This document shows, in pieces, positions 18,253 through 26,813 of a stretch of DNA of 64,000 bases. Each line of letters opens with the position of its first letter. Positions within the stretch are counted from its first letter, which is position 1. The position numbers and the translations under genes are program-made. The DNA is from Bacteroidota bacterium (GTDB lineage Bacteria; Bacteroidota; Bacteroidia; Cytophagales; Cyclobacteriaceae). The notes under the pieces were generated by a model that was not told where the DNA came from, ran no database searches, and was given only the letters and a program-made list of their open reading frames with translations. Location: the NCBI GenBank assembly GCA_038746525.1, contig JBCDKO010000002.1, positions 1,733 through 65,732 on the forward strand, in the 5' to 3' direction.

Positions 18253-21200
18253 TTTGAACAGATTCAAACCATACGTTTCCTCCAGCATTTTCAATTCCTT
18301 TTTTGGCCAGAGCCAGGCCAATTCCGCTTCCTGTGGATTTAGTACTAAAGTAATTCAAGAAAATCTTATCTTTTAAGTTATCTGGTATCCCCTTGCCATT
18401 GTCTTTTACAGACAATATCGATTTATCTGGTTTTCTATTTAGCTTAATTTCAATCTTTGGTTCACCATTTCGAACAGACTGTATAGCGTTTAACACAATA
18501 TTATTAAGAATTCTCCTAAAGATATCTTTGTCAGCCTCAATACTTACATTTTCTTCACAATCCACCTCAATAATGACTTTATCAGAACGGTATAATCGAG
18601 ACACTTCTTCCACGAGTTCGCCCCATTGAAAGATCTGATTATCCGGAGCTGGCATCTCGGCAAATGCAGAAAATGATTCCGCAATCTGGCTTAAGGTATC
18701 AACCTGAGTTAGCAAAGAAGATAAGGCATCATACTCTTTGGTGTCTTTATCATACCTTCTCAAGAGCTGTTGAATTTTAAGCTGCATGGGGGTAAGGGGG
18801 TTTTTGATCTCATGAGCCACCTGTTTGGCTATTTCCTTCCAGGCTGTTTCTTTTTGACTCCTTGCCAATGCCCGTTTACTATCTTCTAGTTTTATTAACA
18901 TTTGATTATAGTCCTTCACAAGAGAGCCAATTTCATCCGATGACTCATACTGAATGGGTTGGTTCACATCTTGCAGCGTGATTTGGCGAATTTTTCCTGC
19001 AACCATCCTCAAAGGATGTAAAAGATTATTCAATACTACATTGCCAACAAGTATAGCGAGAATAAATATGAAGCCGAAAATGATAATGAGGTTGCCAAAA
19101 ATGTCTATCTGTTGCTTTTGAAGGTGGCTCTTGGAATCAAAGAAAGGCATAGCAATAAAGCCCGCAATTTCATTACTTAGTGCATTTACTACCGCATAGC
19201 ATACTTTATACTCTAACGCACCAATAGATTCATCAGCGATCATACTTTGGTTTTCCTTAGCTACAAGCTTGTCAAATACGACAGGATTGATCAAGTTGCT
19301 TTGAAGTCCCAAGGAAAAAATATCAGGTTGACTGGTGCTGACAAGGTAGCCGGATGAATTGTAAAAACTGATATCTGATTGAGTAAAATCTCCTATTTCA
19401 GCAAGTAGCTCCGATCGTATGTGGTCTTCAGTTTCTTTCTCCAATTTTTCTGAAAGAATTTCTGAAATGTAAAGCGCCTGTTTCAAATAAGACCGATTGA
19501 TTTCCTCTTTGTAGGAAGTATTGAGGGTGGTAAGAAGAGCAAAACCCGTTGTGAGCAGAGGTGCAATAAATGTAATAGACAGGTATGTTTGGATTTTGCT
19601 GGTAAAATTCAACGTGTAGTTATGCGATAGGTAGACGGATAGTAGGCCACAGTAAAGGCTAAAAGAAAAAAGCAGCAAGAGGAAAAGAAAACAAAAATTG
19701 GCAAACATTGATCGGACTGGATATTTCTGAGAAATGATCAGGATAATCCTTCCATCATTCGTCTCTACGCCGTAGTAATGGCGACCATTTTTCTCAATTC
19801 CTTTATCATACAATTTTTTATTTTCAAAATCTTCTTCTTGAAGCCACTCTCCTTGTCCAAACTTACTTCGATGAAATAGAATTTCATTTCCTGCAAACAC
19901 GGCATAGTCAAAATCATCTGATGCAATGTTAAACTTACTATCAGTGAGTAGGGCAGGATAAACCGTAGTTGGGACCCGTTTCTTGATTCGAAAAATAACC
20001 AAAGCAACCAGATCTCCAATATTCAGCTTTGCAACATATTTGAAGCTAGTTCCCTCATCAATGAAATGAATATTCTCATAATCTGAAGCATTATCCGGTT
20101 TAAGCAAGCCATTTTCTCGTGTGAATCGAGTATTTACTTTGAGCCTTTGATAGTCCTGAAATAAGAGCTCAATGTTGTACTTCCCAAAATAAGAGCTTAC
20201 AAACTCGTCTAGAATCCTTTCTTCTAAATTTTCCCTACTACCTTCACTAGCAATAATCATTAAGTTAGCATCATTGGATAGCTCGGTAACACTTTGACTC
20301 AAATAATACTCTCCTAAAACATCACGTTTTAGCAAGAGATAATTTGCAAAGATTCTCTTAGCAAAAAGCTCGTCACGTTCGCCATGTTTGTAGATAAAGA
20401 AGGACAATATTCCACCAATGCTCACAGCCACTATAAGAATGAAAAGCAAATTGGAATAATTAAAATCCCCTAAAAAAATGCCCCAGGAAACCTTCAATGA
20501 GCTAAAGAACAAAGCTGCTATTACAAAAACAGGAAGCGCCAGTAGAGGATTGAAAACCAACACTAACAGGCTTGCAATTGTACTTATAGCACCCGCACTC
20601 TTTAAATAGTTAATAAACTTCAAGTAACTCAATAAATAAAATACAAACACAAAATAAGCGGTAGTAATGATGAGTATGCACGAGTAAGCGACAACTCGCA
20701 AAAACGTAAATTGGATTGATTCTCCTACATCCAAGGAAATTTGAGAATTATTGAGAATGCTCCATGGTACATGAAAAATCAGTAGTGATAGACCAATGCA
20801 AAGCCCTATAAGGCAAAACCTCCCGTAGCGTTTAGGGAATTGCATTCTGTATTTAGTCAAAAAAATAGTTAGTATGAGAATGAATATCGCATTGACAAGA
20901 AGGTCGCCTATGGTTGGATTAAAAAAAGAAGAGGTGAAATTGATCGGATCAAACAAAAAGAAGCGGAACAGCAAATCCAATGCCTCGAAATAAAGGCTAA
21001 TTATCCGCAAAAAGACAAAAACAAATGTAGCTATCAGGAATGAGACGAAACTGATTTTACTGAATCTAATATACTCAATGATTATAATAAGCAAAATCAA
21101 AAAACCCAAGATGCCATCGATCACGGGATTAGGCCGTGGTTTTATATTATATCTAAGCAACCCTTCAAATGAACAATCGGCACTTTTTGATATGCCTTTT

Positions 21201-21622
21201 ATATGATGCGTAAGCTTTCCACCACGTTTTTCTTTTAGGTATTGATTGCTGATCTCGTAAAATTGATACAATGGATACGCAGAGATATATTCACAATCAG
21301 CATCTTGAATGGTTTGGAAAAGAAATACTCCATGATCATTTTCAATCACCCCTATGGAATCAATAGAAAGGTTATAATCAAATGGATGATCATCACTCCA
21401 TATTTCTAGTCTACCTTGGCATAAGGTACGTTTACGATAAAGATTCTCCGTATTTTTTCCACTTCTCCATTTTTCCAGATCAGATCTTTGCTCTTTAATT
21501 ACTTGAAATAGATTGTCTTCTGCTCTCTTGATTGCATACCGTTCCCAATCGATCCAATAATGATTGCTTAGCAGCGACAAAACACAGCCTATCAATAGAA
21601 ATCCAGAAATTTGAAGCTTCAC
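18203..21622 (-). CDS. Multi-TM sensor histidine kinase (HAMP-HisKA-HATPase, NtrY-like)
   Basis: DEIGSLVKDYNQM HAMP, AKQVAHEIKNPLTP H-box, NIVLNAIQS N-box, DNGKGI G1, GSGIGLAL G2. Confidence 0.93.
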   Translation of the reverse strand: MKLQISGFLLIGCVLSLLSNHYWIDWERYAIKRAEDNLFQVIKEQRSDLEKWRSGKNTENLYRKRTLCQGRLEIWSDDHPFDYNLSIDSIGVIENDHGVFLFQTIQDADCEYISAYPLYQFYEISNQYLKEKRGGKLTHHIKGISKSADCSFEGLLRYNIKPRPNPVIDGILGFLILLIIIIEYIRFSKISFVSFLIATFVFVFLRIISLYFEALDLLFRFFLFDPINFTSSFFNPTIGDLLVNAIFILILTIFLTKYRMQFPKRYGRFCLIGLCIGLSLLIFHVPWSILNNSQISLDVGESIQFTFLRVVAYSCILIITTAYFVFVFYLLSYLKFINYLKSAGAISTIASLLVLVFNPLLALPVFVIAALFFSSLKVSWGIFLGDFNYSNLLFILIVAVSIGGILSFFIYKHGERDELFAKRIFANYLLLKRDVLGEYYLSQSVTELSNDANLMIIASEGSRENLEERILDEFVSSYFGKYNIELLFQDYQRLKVNTRFTRENGLLKPDNASDYENIHFIDEGTSFKYVAKLNIGDLVALVIFRIKKRVPTTVYPALLTDSKFNIASDDFDYAVFAGNEILFHRSKFGQGEWLQEEDFENKKLYDKGIEKNGRHYYGVETNDGRIILIISQKYPVRSMFANFCFLFLLLLFSFSLYCGLLSVYLSHNYTLNFTSKIQTYLSITFIAPLLTTGFALLTTLNTSYKEEINRSYLKQALYISEILSEKLEKETEDHIRSELLAEIGDFTQSDISFYNSSGYLVSTSQPDIFSLGLQSNLINPVVFDKLVAKENQSMIADESIGALEYKVCYAVVNALSNEIAGFIAMPFFDSKSHLQKQQIDIFGNLIIIFGFIFILAILVGNVVLNNLLHPLRMVAGKIRQITLQDVNQPIQYESSDEIGSLVKDYNQMLIKLEDSKRALARSQKETAWKEIAKQVAHEIKNPLTPMQLKIQQLLRRYDKDTKEYDALSSLLTQVDTLSQIAESFSAFAEMPAPDNQIFQWGELVEEVSRLYRSDKVIIEVDCEENVSIEADKDIFRRILNNIVLNAIQSVRNGEPKIEIKLNRKPDKSILSVKDNGKGIPDNLKDKIFLNYFSTKSTGSGIGLALAKKGIENAGGNVWFESVQNEGTTFYLSMPLVTRS

Positions 21623-21658
21623 GAGGAAAAGTTATACCAATCAAGCTTGAATCAACGA

Positions 21659-22018
21659 TCAACTCTTCCAAATTAAATAGAGGAAAAGCACGCGAGAGTA
21701 TCGAAAATTTAAAGGAAAAAGAAGTACCACCACAATCAAAGTTGTAATTAAATATACATTGAGAGGAGGATCTCCAAAAAAATAATACAACACAAAAGCA
21801 GTAATTAGAAAAATACCCGTTGAAAATGCATAGCTCACATACATGGCCCCATAAAAATTACCTGGTTCTTTTTCATATCTCAACTTACAAATTGGGCAGT
21901 TTTTATACATTGAAAACATCTTCTTAAGATGAAATATGGGGTGAGTAAATAGCTTTCCCTCACGGCACCTTGGGCACCTGGCCTCTAAGACGCTGGATAA
22001 GACTGATTTTTCCTTCAT
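21659..22018 (-). CDS. DUF983 domain protein
   Basis: Likely start 22018 (MKEKS); RCPRCREGKLF and CPICKLRYEKEPGNFYGAMYVSY, two TM segments. Confidence 0.85.
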   Translation of the reverse strand: MKEKSVLSSVLEARCPRCREGKLFTHPIFHLKKMFSMYKNCPICKLRYEKEPGNFYGAMYVSYAFSTGIFLITAFVLYYFFGDPPLNVYLITTLIVVVLLFPLNFRYSRVLFLYLIWKS

Positions 22019-22232
22019 TGACTTTACTGTATCTATACCAAAGAATAATAATAACGATAACAACAATATAGGGAGTGAAAAAAAGAAACATGATGCCATT
22101 GTTAAGACCTTCTGCGAGTGTAGTATCTCCGCTGCTTACGTTATTTTTAATCTGGGTTCTACACATAGCACATTGAGCCCAAGTGATGAATGGAATCAAG
22201 GCGCTTAAAAAAAGAAGAATAAATCTTTTCAT
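21960..22232 (-). CDS. Small membrane protein with AQCAMC motif (oxidase-operon associated)
   Basis: Signal-like N-terminus, CAMC, GLNNGIMFLFFTPY TM segment. Confidence 0.75.
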   Translation of the reverse strand: MKRFILLFLSALIPFITWAQCAMCRTQIKNNVSSGDTTLAEGLNNGIMFLFFTPYIVVIVIIILWYRYSKVNEGKISLIQRLRGQVPKVP

Positions 22233-22240
22233 AATGCTAT

Positions 22241-22822
22241 TTAAAAATAATAAGGCTTAATCATAAAATACACCACAACACCGGTTATCGACACGTAAAG
22301 CCAAACCGGATATGTGTACTTTACCATTTTTTTATGGCGAGCAATTTGGTCCGATAACGCGTAGTAAAATGCTAATAATACAAAAGGCACTACCAAAATA
22401 GATAATAGTATATGACTCGCAAGGATAACCAGATAAATCGTTCTACTCGCCCCGACATTAGTTAATTCAGCATCACTTACGACCCCATCATGATCCAGGT
22501 CTCCAAACTTCACAGAATCTACACTGGAATGATAGATGATATATGAAACAAGAAACAATGCTCCTAAGAACAACGAGACAAACATAAAAGTCCGATGCGC
22601 ATGGACGTTGTTTTTCTTGATTGCCACTAAGGCACCAATTAAAGTTAATACCGTTGTAGAGTTAATTAAAGCATGAAATCCAGGTAACATCTTAACCCAA
22701 CCTCCTGAAAGTGGTAGTTTCGAAGGAAACAAAATCAAGAATGCCACTACTACAGGAATAACAATGGAGACGAAATAAATGACACGTAGGTAAATCTTAT
22801 TATCTGTAAGTTCCTTTTCCAT
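22241..22822 (-). CDS. DUF420 (YozB-like) membrane protein
   Basis: LPGFHALINS, AHRTFM, FLVSYIIYH, ILASHILLS, ARHKKMVKYTYPVWLYVSITGVVVY. Confidence 0.9.
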   Translation of the reverse strand: MEKELTDNKIYLRVIYFVSIVIPVVVAFLILFPSKLPLSGGWVKMLPGFHALINSTTVLTLIGALVAIKKNNVHAHRTFMFVSLFLGALFLVSYIIYHSSVDSVKFGDLDHDGVVSDAELTNVGASRTIYLVILASHILLSILVVPFVLLAFYYALSDQIARHKKMVKYTYPVWLYVSITGVVVYFMIKPYYF

Positions 22823-23219
22823 AAGATTTTTGAAGTAAAAGGATATCTAGCTCTATTAATAATAAATCAACTCCTTCACGAGAGAGTTTATAGTTCCCCC
22901 ATAGCCCATTTTCATCAGTTAAAACTAAATCAGATGATGATTGATTGATGCAATCAAAAAAATCGATGTCTTTTTCAATAAATAAGACAGATCGCTCTTT
23001 TGCTGCATATGCTACTCTATCCATGTAATTCTTCTCGGCTAGGGAGACAGAATCAGGACGCTTAACAATTAATACTTGTGCTATTTCAGCACACTCATTG
23101 ATCGGGTATTTTAATTTTAATGAAAAATTATTGTCTCCAAAGAGTTGCAAAAAAAGGTACCATCCTACTGGAACTAAAAAAACGATCAAAAAAATAAGTC
23201 GGGCTAATCCCTTATTCAA
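22800..23219 (-). CDS. Short SCO-like membrane-anchored protein lacking CxxxC
   Basis: N-terminal anchor FLVPVGWYLFLQLFGDNNFSL and C-terminal LVLTDENG...GVDLLLIELDILL resemble the ends of Bacteroidota SCO; sits at the usual SCO position; only 139 aa. Confidence 0.5.
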   Translation of the reverse strand: MNKGLARLIFLIVFLVPVGWYLFLQLFGDNNFSLKLKYPINECAEIAQVLIVKRPDSVSLAEKNYMDRVAYAAKERSVLFIEKDIDFFDCINQSSSDLVLTDENGLWGNYKLSREGVDLLLIELDILLLQKSYGKGTYR

Positions 23220-23225
23220 CGATAA

Positions 23226-23552
23226 TTAACCATTAAGCATATCATAGATAGCACTGCCTTGATATATCATGATGAAAATAAGAAAAATCACAAAGAGCAG
23301 AGGCAACAAAATGGACATTTTCAAACTTCTTTTCTCATGACCCAGGTGCATAAACTCAGAGACAATGTAAAATGCTTTCCAAATGGTCAAAGCAATAAAC
23401 AAAAAGGTCTTAGCTGTTCCTGCACCAATAGTAAAAGCAATAATAAATTCGATAGCTGTGATTCCGCTTAGAATACCGGCCACTTTCCATATTTTTTGAA
23501 TTTTTTTCTTATCGGCCGGTTTAACCTGTATTTGTGAAGTTTGCTGTTCCAT
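23226..23552 (-). CDS. Cytochrome c oxidase subunit IV family protein
   Basis: ITAIEF, TIWKAFYIVSEFMHLGHEK motif, three TM segments. Confidence 0.88.
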   Translation of the reverse strand: MEQQTSQIQVKPADKKKIQKIWKVAGILSGITAIEFIIAFTIGAGTAKTFLFIALTIWKAFYIVSEFMHLGHEKRSLKMSILLPLLFVIFLIFIMIYQGSAIYDMLNG

Positions 23553-23569
23553 GATATGTTAGTTAATAG

Positions 23570-24325
23570 TTAAATAAGATAAAAAAAAGTAAACACAAAT
23601 ACCCACACTAAATCAACGAAATGCCAGTAAAGGCCCACTTTTTCTACCATTTCATAATGTCCCCTTTTATCAAAAATACCCACCATTGCCTGATAAAAGA
23701 TAATGAAATTTAACATAACGCCACTAAATACATGAAAGCCATGGAAACCTGTAATGAAGAAAAAAAGAGCGGCAAAATTAGGAGGGCCATACTGATTTTG
23801 TGAAAGGCCAGCGCCCGTTATTATATTTCCAACAGCGTTCATAGACATCTCTGATCCATGAATAAAGTGACTCCACTCCCATGCTTGGCAACCCAAAAAT
23901 GTAAAACCTCCCAAAATTGTCCAAAGCATCCATTTCTCCACCTCTTTTCTATCCATTCGGGCACCTGCTTCCACAGCTAAAACCATCGTAACACTACTTA
24001 AGATAAGAATGAAGGTCATGATACCTACAAAAACCAATGGCGCACTTTCGATACCTAAAGCATGCATTCCGGGAAAAGCTTCAAATACTTTATCAGGTAC
24101 CGGCCAATATTCTTGCGAAAACTTAAAATCTGCTATCGTTCCATCATAGGCCGGGTGACTAAAGCGAATAAGTCCATATGTAATCAATAAGGCAGAGAAA
24201 GTAAATGCATCGGAAAGCAAGAAAAACCACATCATGAGTTTTCCATAACTAGCTTTCATTGGAGCAATTCCACCGCTCCAAACATTTTGTTTACTCTTAT
24301 CTATAACTGCAGCGGTGTTTTCCAT
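23570..24325 (-). CDS. ctaE: Cytochrome c oxidase subunit III
   Basis: KLMMWFFLLSDAFTFSALL, FFFITGFHGFHV, GLYWHFVDLVWVFVFTFFYL. Confidence 0.92.
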   Translation of the reverse strand: MENTAAVIDKSKQNVWSGGIAPMKASYGKLMMWFFLLSDAFTFSALLITYGLIRFSHPAYDGTIADFKFSQEYWPVPDKVFEAFPGMHALGIESAPLVFVGIMTFILILSSVTMVLAVEAGARMDRKEVEKWMLWTILGGFTFLGCQAWEWSHFIHGSEMSMNAVGNIITGAGLSQNQYGPPNFAALFFFITGFHGFHVFSGVMLNFIIFYQAMVGIFDKRGHYEMVEKVGLYWHFVDLVWVFVFTFFYLI

Positions 24326-24343
24326 TCTGTTTGGTTTGCTATA

Positions 24344-24904
24344 CTAATTATTAAAAATTAAAAATAAATATAAATACAGCCAAAGTCCACCAAGGAAATG
24401 CCAGAAAGTAGTGCACATTTCTATTCGCACCATGCTCTTAGAATGAACCTGATAATGAAATGACTGTCCCAAGACAATAAATAAGAAAATGATAGCTCCA
24501 ATTAGGTGAGCAACATGCAATCCGGTAAAGACATAGATAAACGAACTCGAAGGATTTCCAACAAAATAATGTCCGGCATCTACCAACTGTCCCCAAGCCA
24601 TGTATTGACCTACAACAAAAGCAAATGCTAGAACCGATGTAATGATCAATCCGATTTTAATGTTTCTAATATTGTTTCTCTTAGCAGAGAGATACGCAAA
24701 ATGCATAGATACACTACTCAGAATAATTAAAACGGTTGTTGCTCTGAATAATGGAGGAAAATTAATGTACTCCCAATTACCTATTGACTTCTTGACAATG
24801 TAAGCACTTGATAATGAAATAAAAATCATAATCACAGAAACTAAAAAAAGCCACATGGCAAATTTCTGTGGATGCATTGATCTTACGTTACTTGTTGCTT
24901 CCAT
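24344..24904 (-). CDS. Cytochrome c oxidase subunit III-like (second paralog)
   Basis: KFAMWLFLVS, FTGLHVAHL, TFWHFLGGLWLYLYLFL. Confidence 0.9.
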   Translation of the reverse strand: MEATSNVRSMHPQKFAMWLFLVSVIMIFISLSSAYIVKKSIGNWEYINFPPLFRATTVLIILSSVSMHFAYLSAKRNNIRNIKIGLIITSVLAFAFVVGQYMAWGQLVDAGHYFVGNPSSSFIYVFTGLHVAHLIGAIIFLFIVLGQSFHYQVHSKSMVRIEMCTTFWHFLGGLWLYLYLFLIFNN

Positions 24905-24912
24905 TTTATTAA

Positions 24913-25803
24913 TTAAAGTTTATCCATCAAAAAAGTGATTTGGACGATGGGCAAATAAATAAAAGAACTAAACATGATAGTCTTTGCCCTCTCATTTGTA
25001 GTGTCTTTCATTAAACTAAAGGTAGTAGCGAGAAACAGTATCCCACAAGTTGTTGCAATTAGCGCACTAGTTAATCCAGTCAACCCAAATAAAGTAGGTA
25101 ATAGACCTAGAGGTAGTAAAAACAAAGTATATATCATTATGTTAATTGCAGTGTTCAAGTCTTTCCCTCCTCCTCCGGGAAGTAACTTGAACCCCGCTTT
25201 TTTATAATCTTCATCAGAAATCCAAGCAATGGCCCAAAAATGAGGAAACTGCCAAACAAACTGAATACTAAAGATAACCATTGATTCGTAGGAAATCACT
25301 CCTGATGCAGCGGTCCATCCTATAAGTGGAGGCAAAGCCCCTGGGATGGCGCCTACAAAGACAGCAATACTTCCTATCCTTTTTAAAGGAGTATAAATAA
25401 AAGCATATAATATCAAGGACAATATGGATAACCAAGCTGCTAATGGAGTAGTAAAATAATAGATCAAATAAGCCCCGGCTAAACCAGAAATTATACTGAA
25501 GAAAGACGCTTCTTCACTAGAAATTCTCCTGGTAGGAATGGGCCTGTTTTTTGTCCGTTTCATTACCGCATCGAACTCCTTCTCTACAATCTGATTTATC
25601 GTTACTGACGATCCTGAAACCAGAAAGCCTCCAATAAGAAAAACAATAAACGATAGCCAATTTTCAGAAAGAGGCGTGGCAAGTAAGTATCCAAATCCAG
25701 ATGAAAAAACGACTAAAAAAGAGAGCCTTGGCTTCATAAGCTCATAATAAGCTTTAAGCTTTTCTCGTCTTGATAATTCTATCTGGGAAACTATTGAATT
25801 CAA
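24913..25803 (-). CDS. ctaB: Protoheme IX farnesyltransferase (heme O synthase)
   Basis: ELMKPR, NQIVEKEFDAVMKRTKNRPIP, YTPLKR, GALPPLIGW, WQFPHFWAI. Confidence 0.96.
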   Translation of the reverse strand: MNSIVSQIELSRREKLKAYYELMKPRLSFLVVFSSGFGYLLATPLSENWLSFIVFLIGGFLVSGSSVTINQIVEKEFDAVMKRTKNRPIPTRRISSEEASFFSIISGLAGAYLIYYFTTPLAAWLSILSLILYAFIYTPLKRIGSIAVFVGAIPGALPPLIGWTAASGVISYESMVIFSIQFVWQFPHFWAIAWISDEDYKKAGFKLLPGGGGKDLNTAINIMIYTLFLLPLGLLPTLFGLTGLTSALIATTCGILFLATTFSLMKDTTNERAKTIMFSSFIYLPIVQITFLMDKL

Positions 25804-26813
25804 TTTGAAATTTTAAAACGTAAAACTAAGTAAAAAAGCAAGCCAAAAATCCCGGTGGCAATTATTAGATGCAGCGGCTGTAACCAAAAAGGAAAACCAA
25901 ATCTAACCATGCCGATACCGGCAAGCATAGCTAAAAAAACCAATGTCAAAAGTTGCAGGGAAGTGGGTATCATTCTATGATATCCCCCTCTCCTAATCAA
26001 ATAAAATATTATGATTGCACCGATCAATATGAGCCAGGAATAAGATCTGTGGATATAAAAAGAGGTCATAGAAAGGTACTTCCCCCAATTATCTCGCACC
26101 TTATTAGACACAATTAAATCATCAACTGCCCCTCTTACTTCAGTGCCTAATACTATCTGTGATATACATAGAATGAATAATAAAGTACATACCAAAAAAA
26201 TAGGTCTATCGGTAAATCTTTGCTGTTGTTTGATTTTGACATTCATCCATATCAATAGAGACAAAATAAGTAGAGCCAACAACATATGAAATGTGATGAA
26301 ACCGTGCAAAAGGTTAGTAGAAACAACTAGAGAACCTACCCATCCCTGAAATCCAGTAAGAATAAATATTACAACTCCTACTACTGGAATCCATCTATCT
26401 TTTTTACTAAGAGAAAAGGACAAAACCATATTGGCGAACACAAAAAATCCTATTAAGACCCCAACTAACCTGTTGATGTACTCGATCCAGGCTTTCGTCA
26501 CATCAAATTCCTGCTCGGCCAAGACAAAGGGATCATTGGTTATTTTATAAGCCAATTCTTGAAAACCCAATCTATTGAAAGTCCTTGCCAAACGTTCATT
26601 TTTCCTTAGCCTTTGGTCTTTAAAAATTTCTAAATAGTTGTCAGGAAGAGCCATGAGTGTGGTTGGAGGAACATACGAACCAAAACATTTTGGCCAATCC
26701 GGACAACCCATACCTGCACCTAAGCTCCTTACAATACTACCAATCAGAATAAGAACAAACACTGACCCTGTAGTAAGTGTGTTAATTTTCAATAACAACT
26801 TCCGGCTAAACAT
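25800..26813 (-). CDS. ctaA: Heme A synthase (COX15/CtaA)
   Basis: GAGMGCPDWPKCFG, WIEYINRLVG, FQGWVG, HMLLA, IHR, QPLHL. Confidence 0.92.
   Translation of the reverse strand: MFSRKLLLKINTLTTGSVFVLILIGSIVRSLGAGMGCPDWPKCFGSYVPPTTLMALPDNYLEIFKDQRLRKNERLARTFNRLGFQELAYKITNDPFVLAEQEFDVTKAWIEYINRLVGVLIGFFVFANMVLSFSLSKKDRWIPVVGVVIFILTGFQGWVGSLVVSTNLLHGFITFHMLLALLILSLLIWMNVKIKQQQRFTDRPIFLVCTLLFILCISQIVLGTEVRGAVDDLIVSNKVRDNWGKYLSMTSFYIHRSYSWLILIGAIIIFYLIRRGGYHRMIPTSLQLLTLVFLAMLAGIGMVRFGFPFWLQPLHLIIATGIFGLLFYLVLRFKISN

Noticed and set aside
18253-18321. N-terminal extension of the 1165-aa ORF, and similar extensions at 9434, 22099, 38353, 46878, 54234, 58528
   Set aside because: They overlap neighbouring genes or promoters and precede better signal-peptide starts
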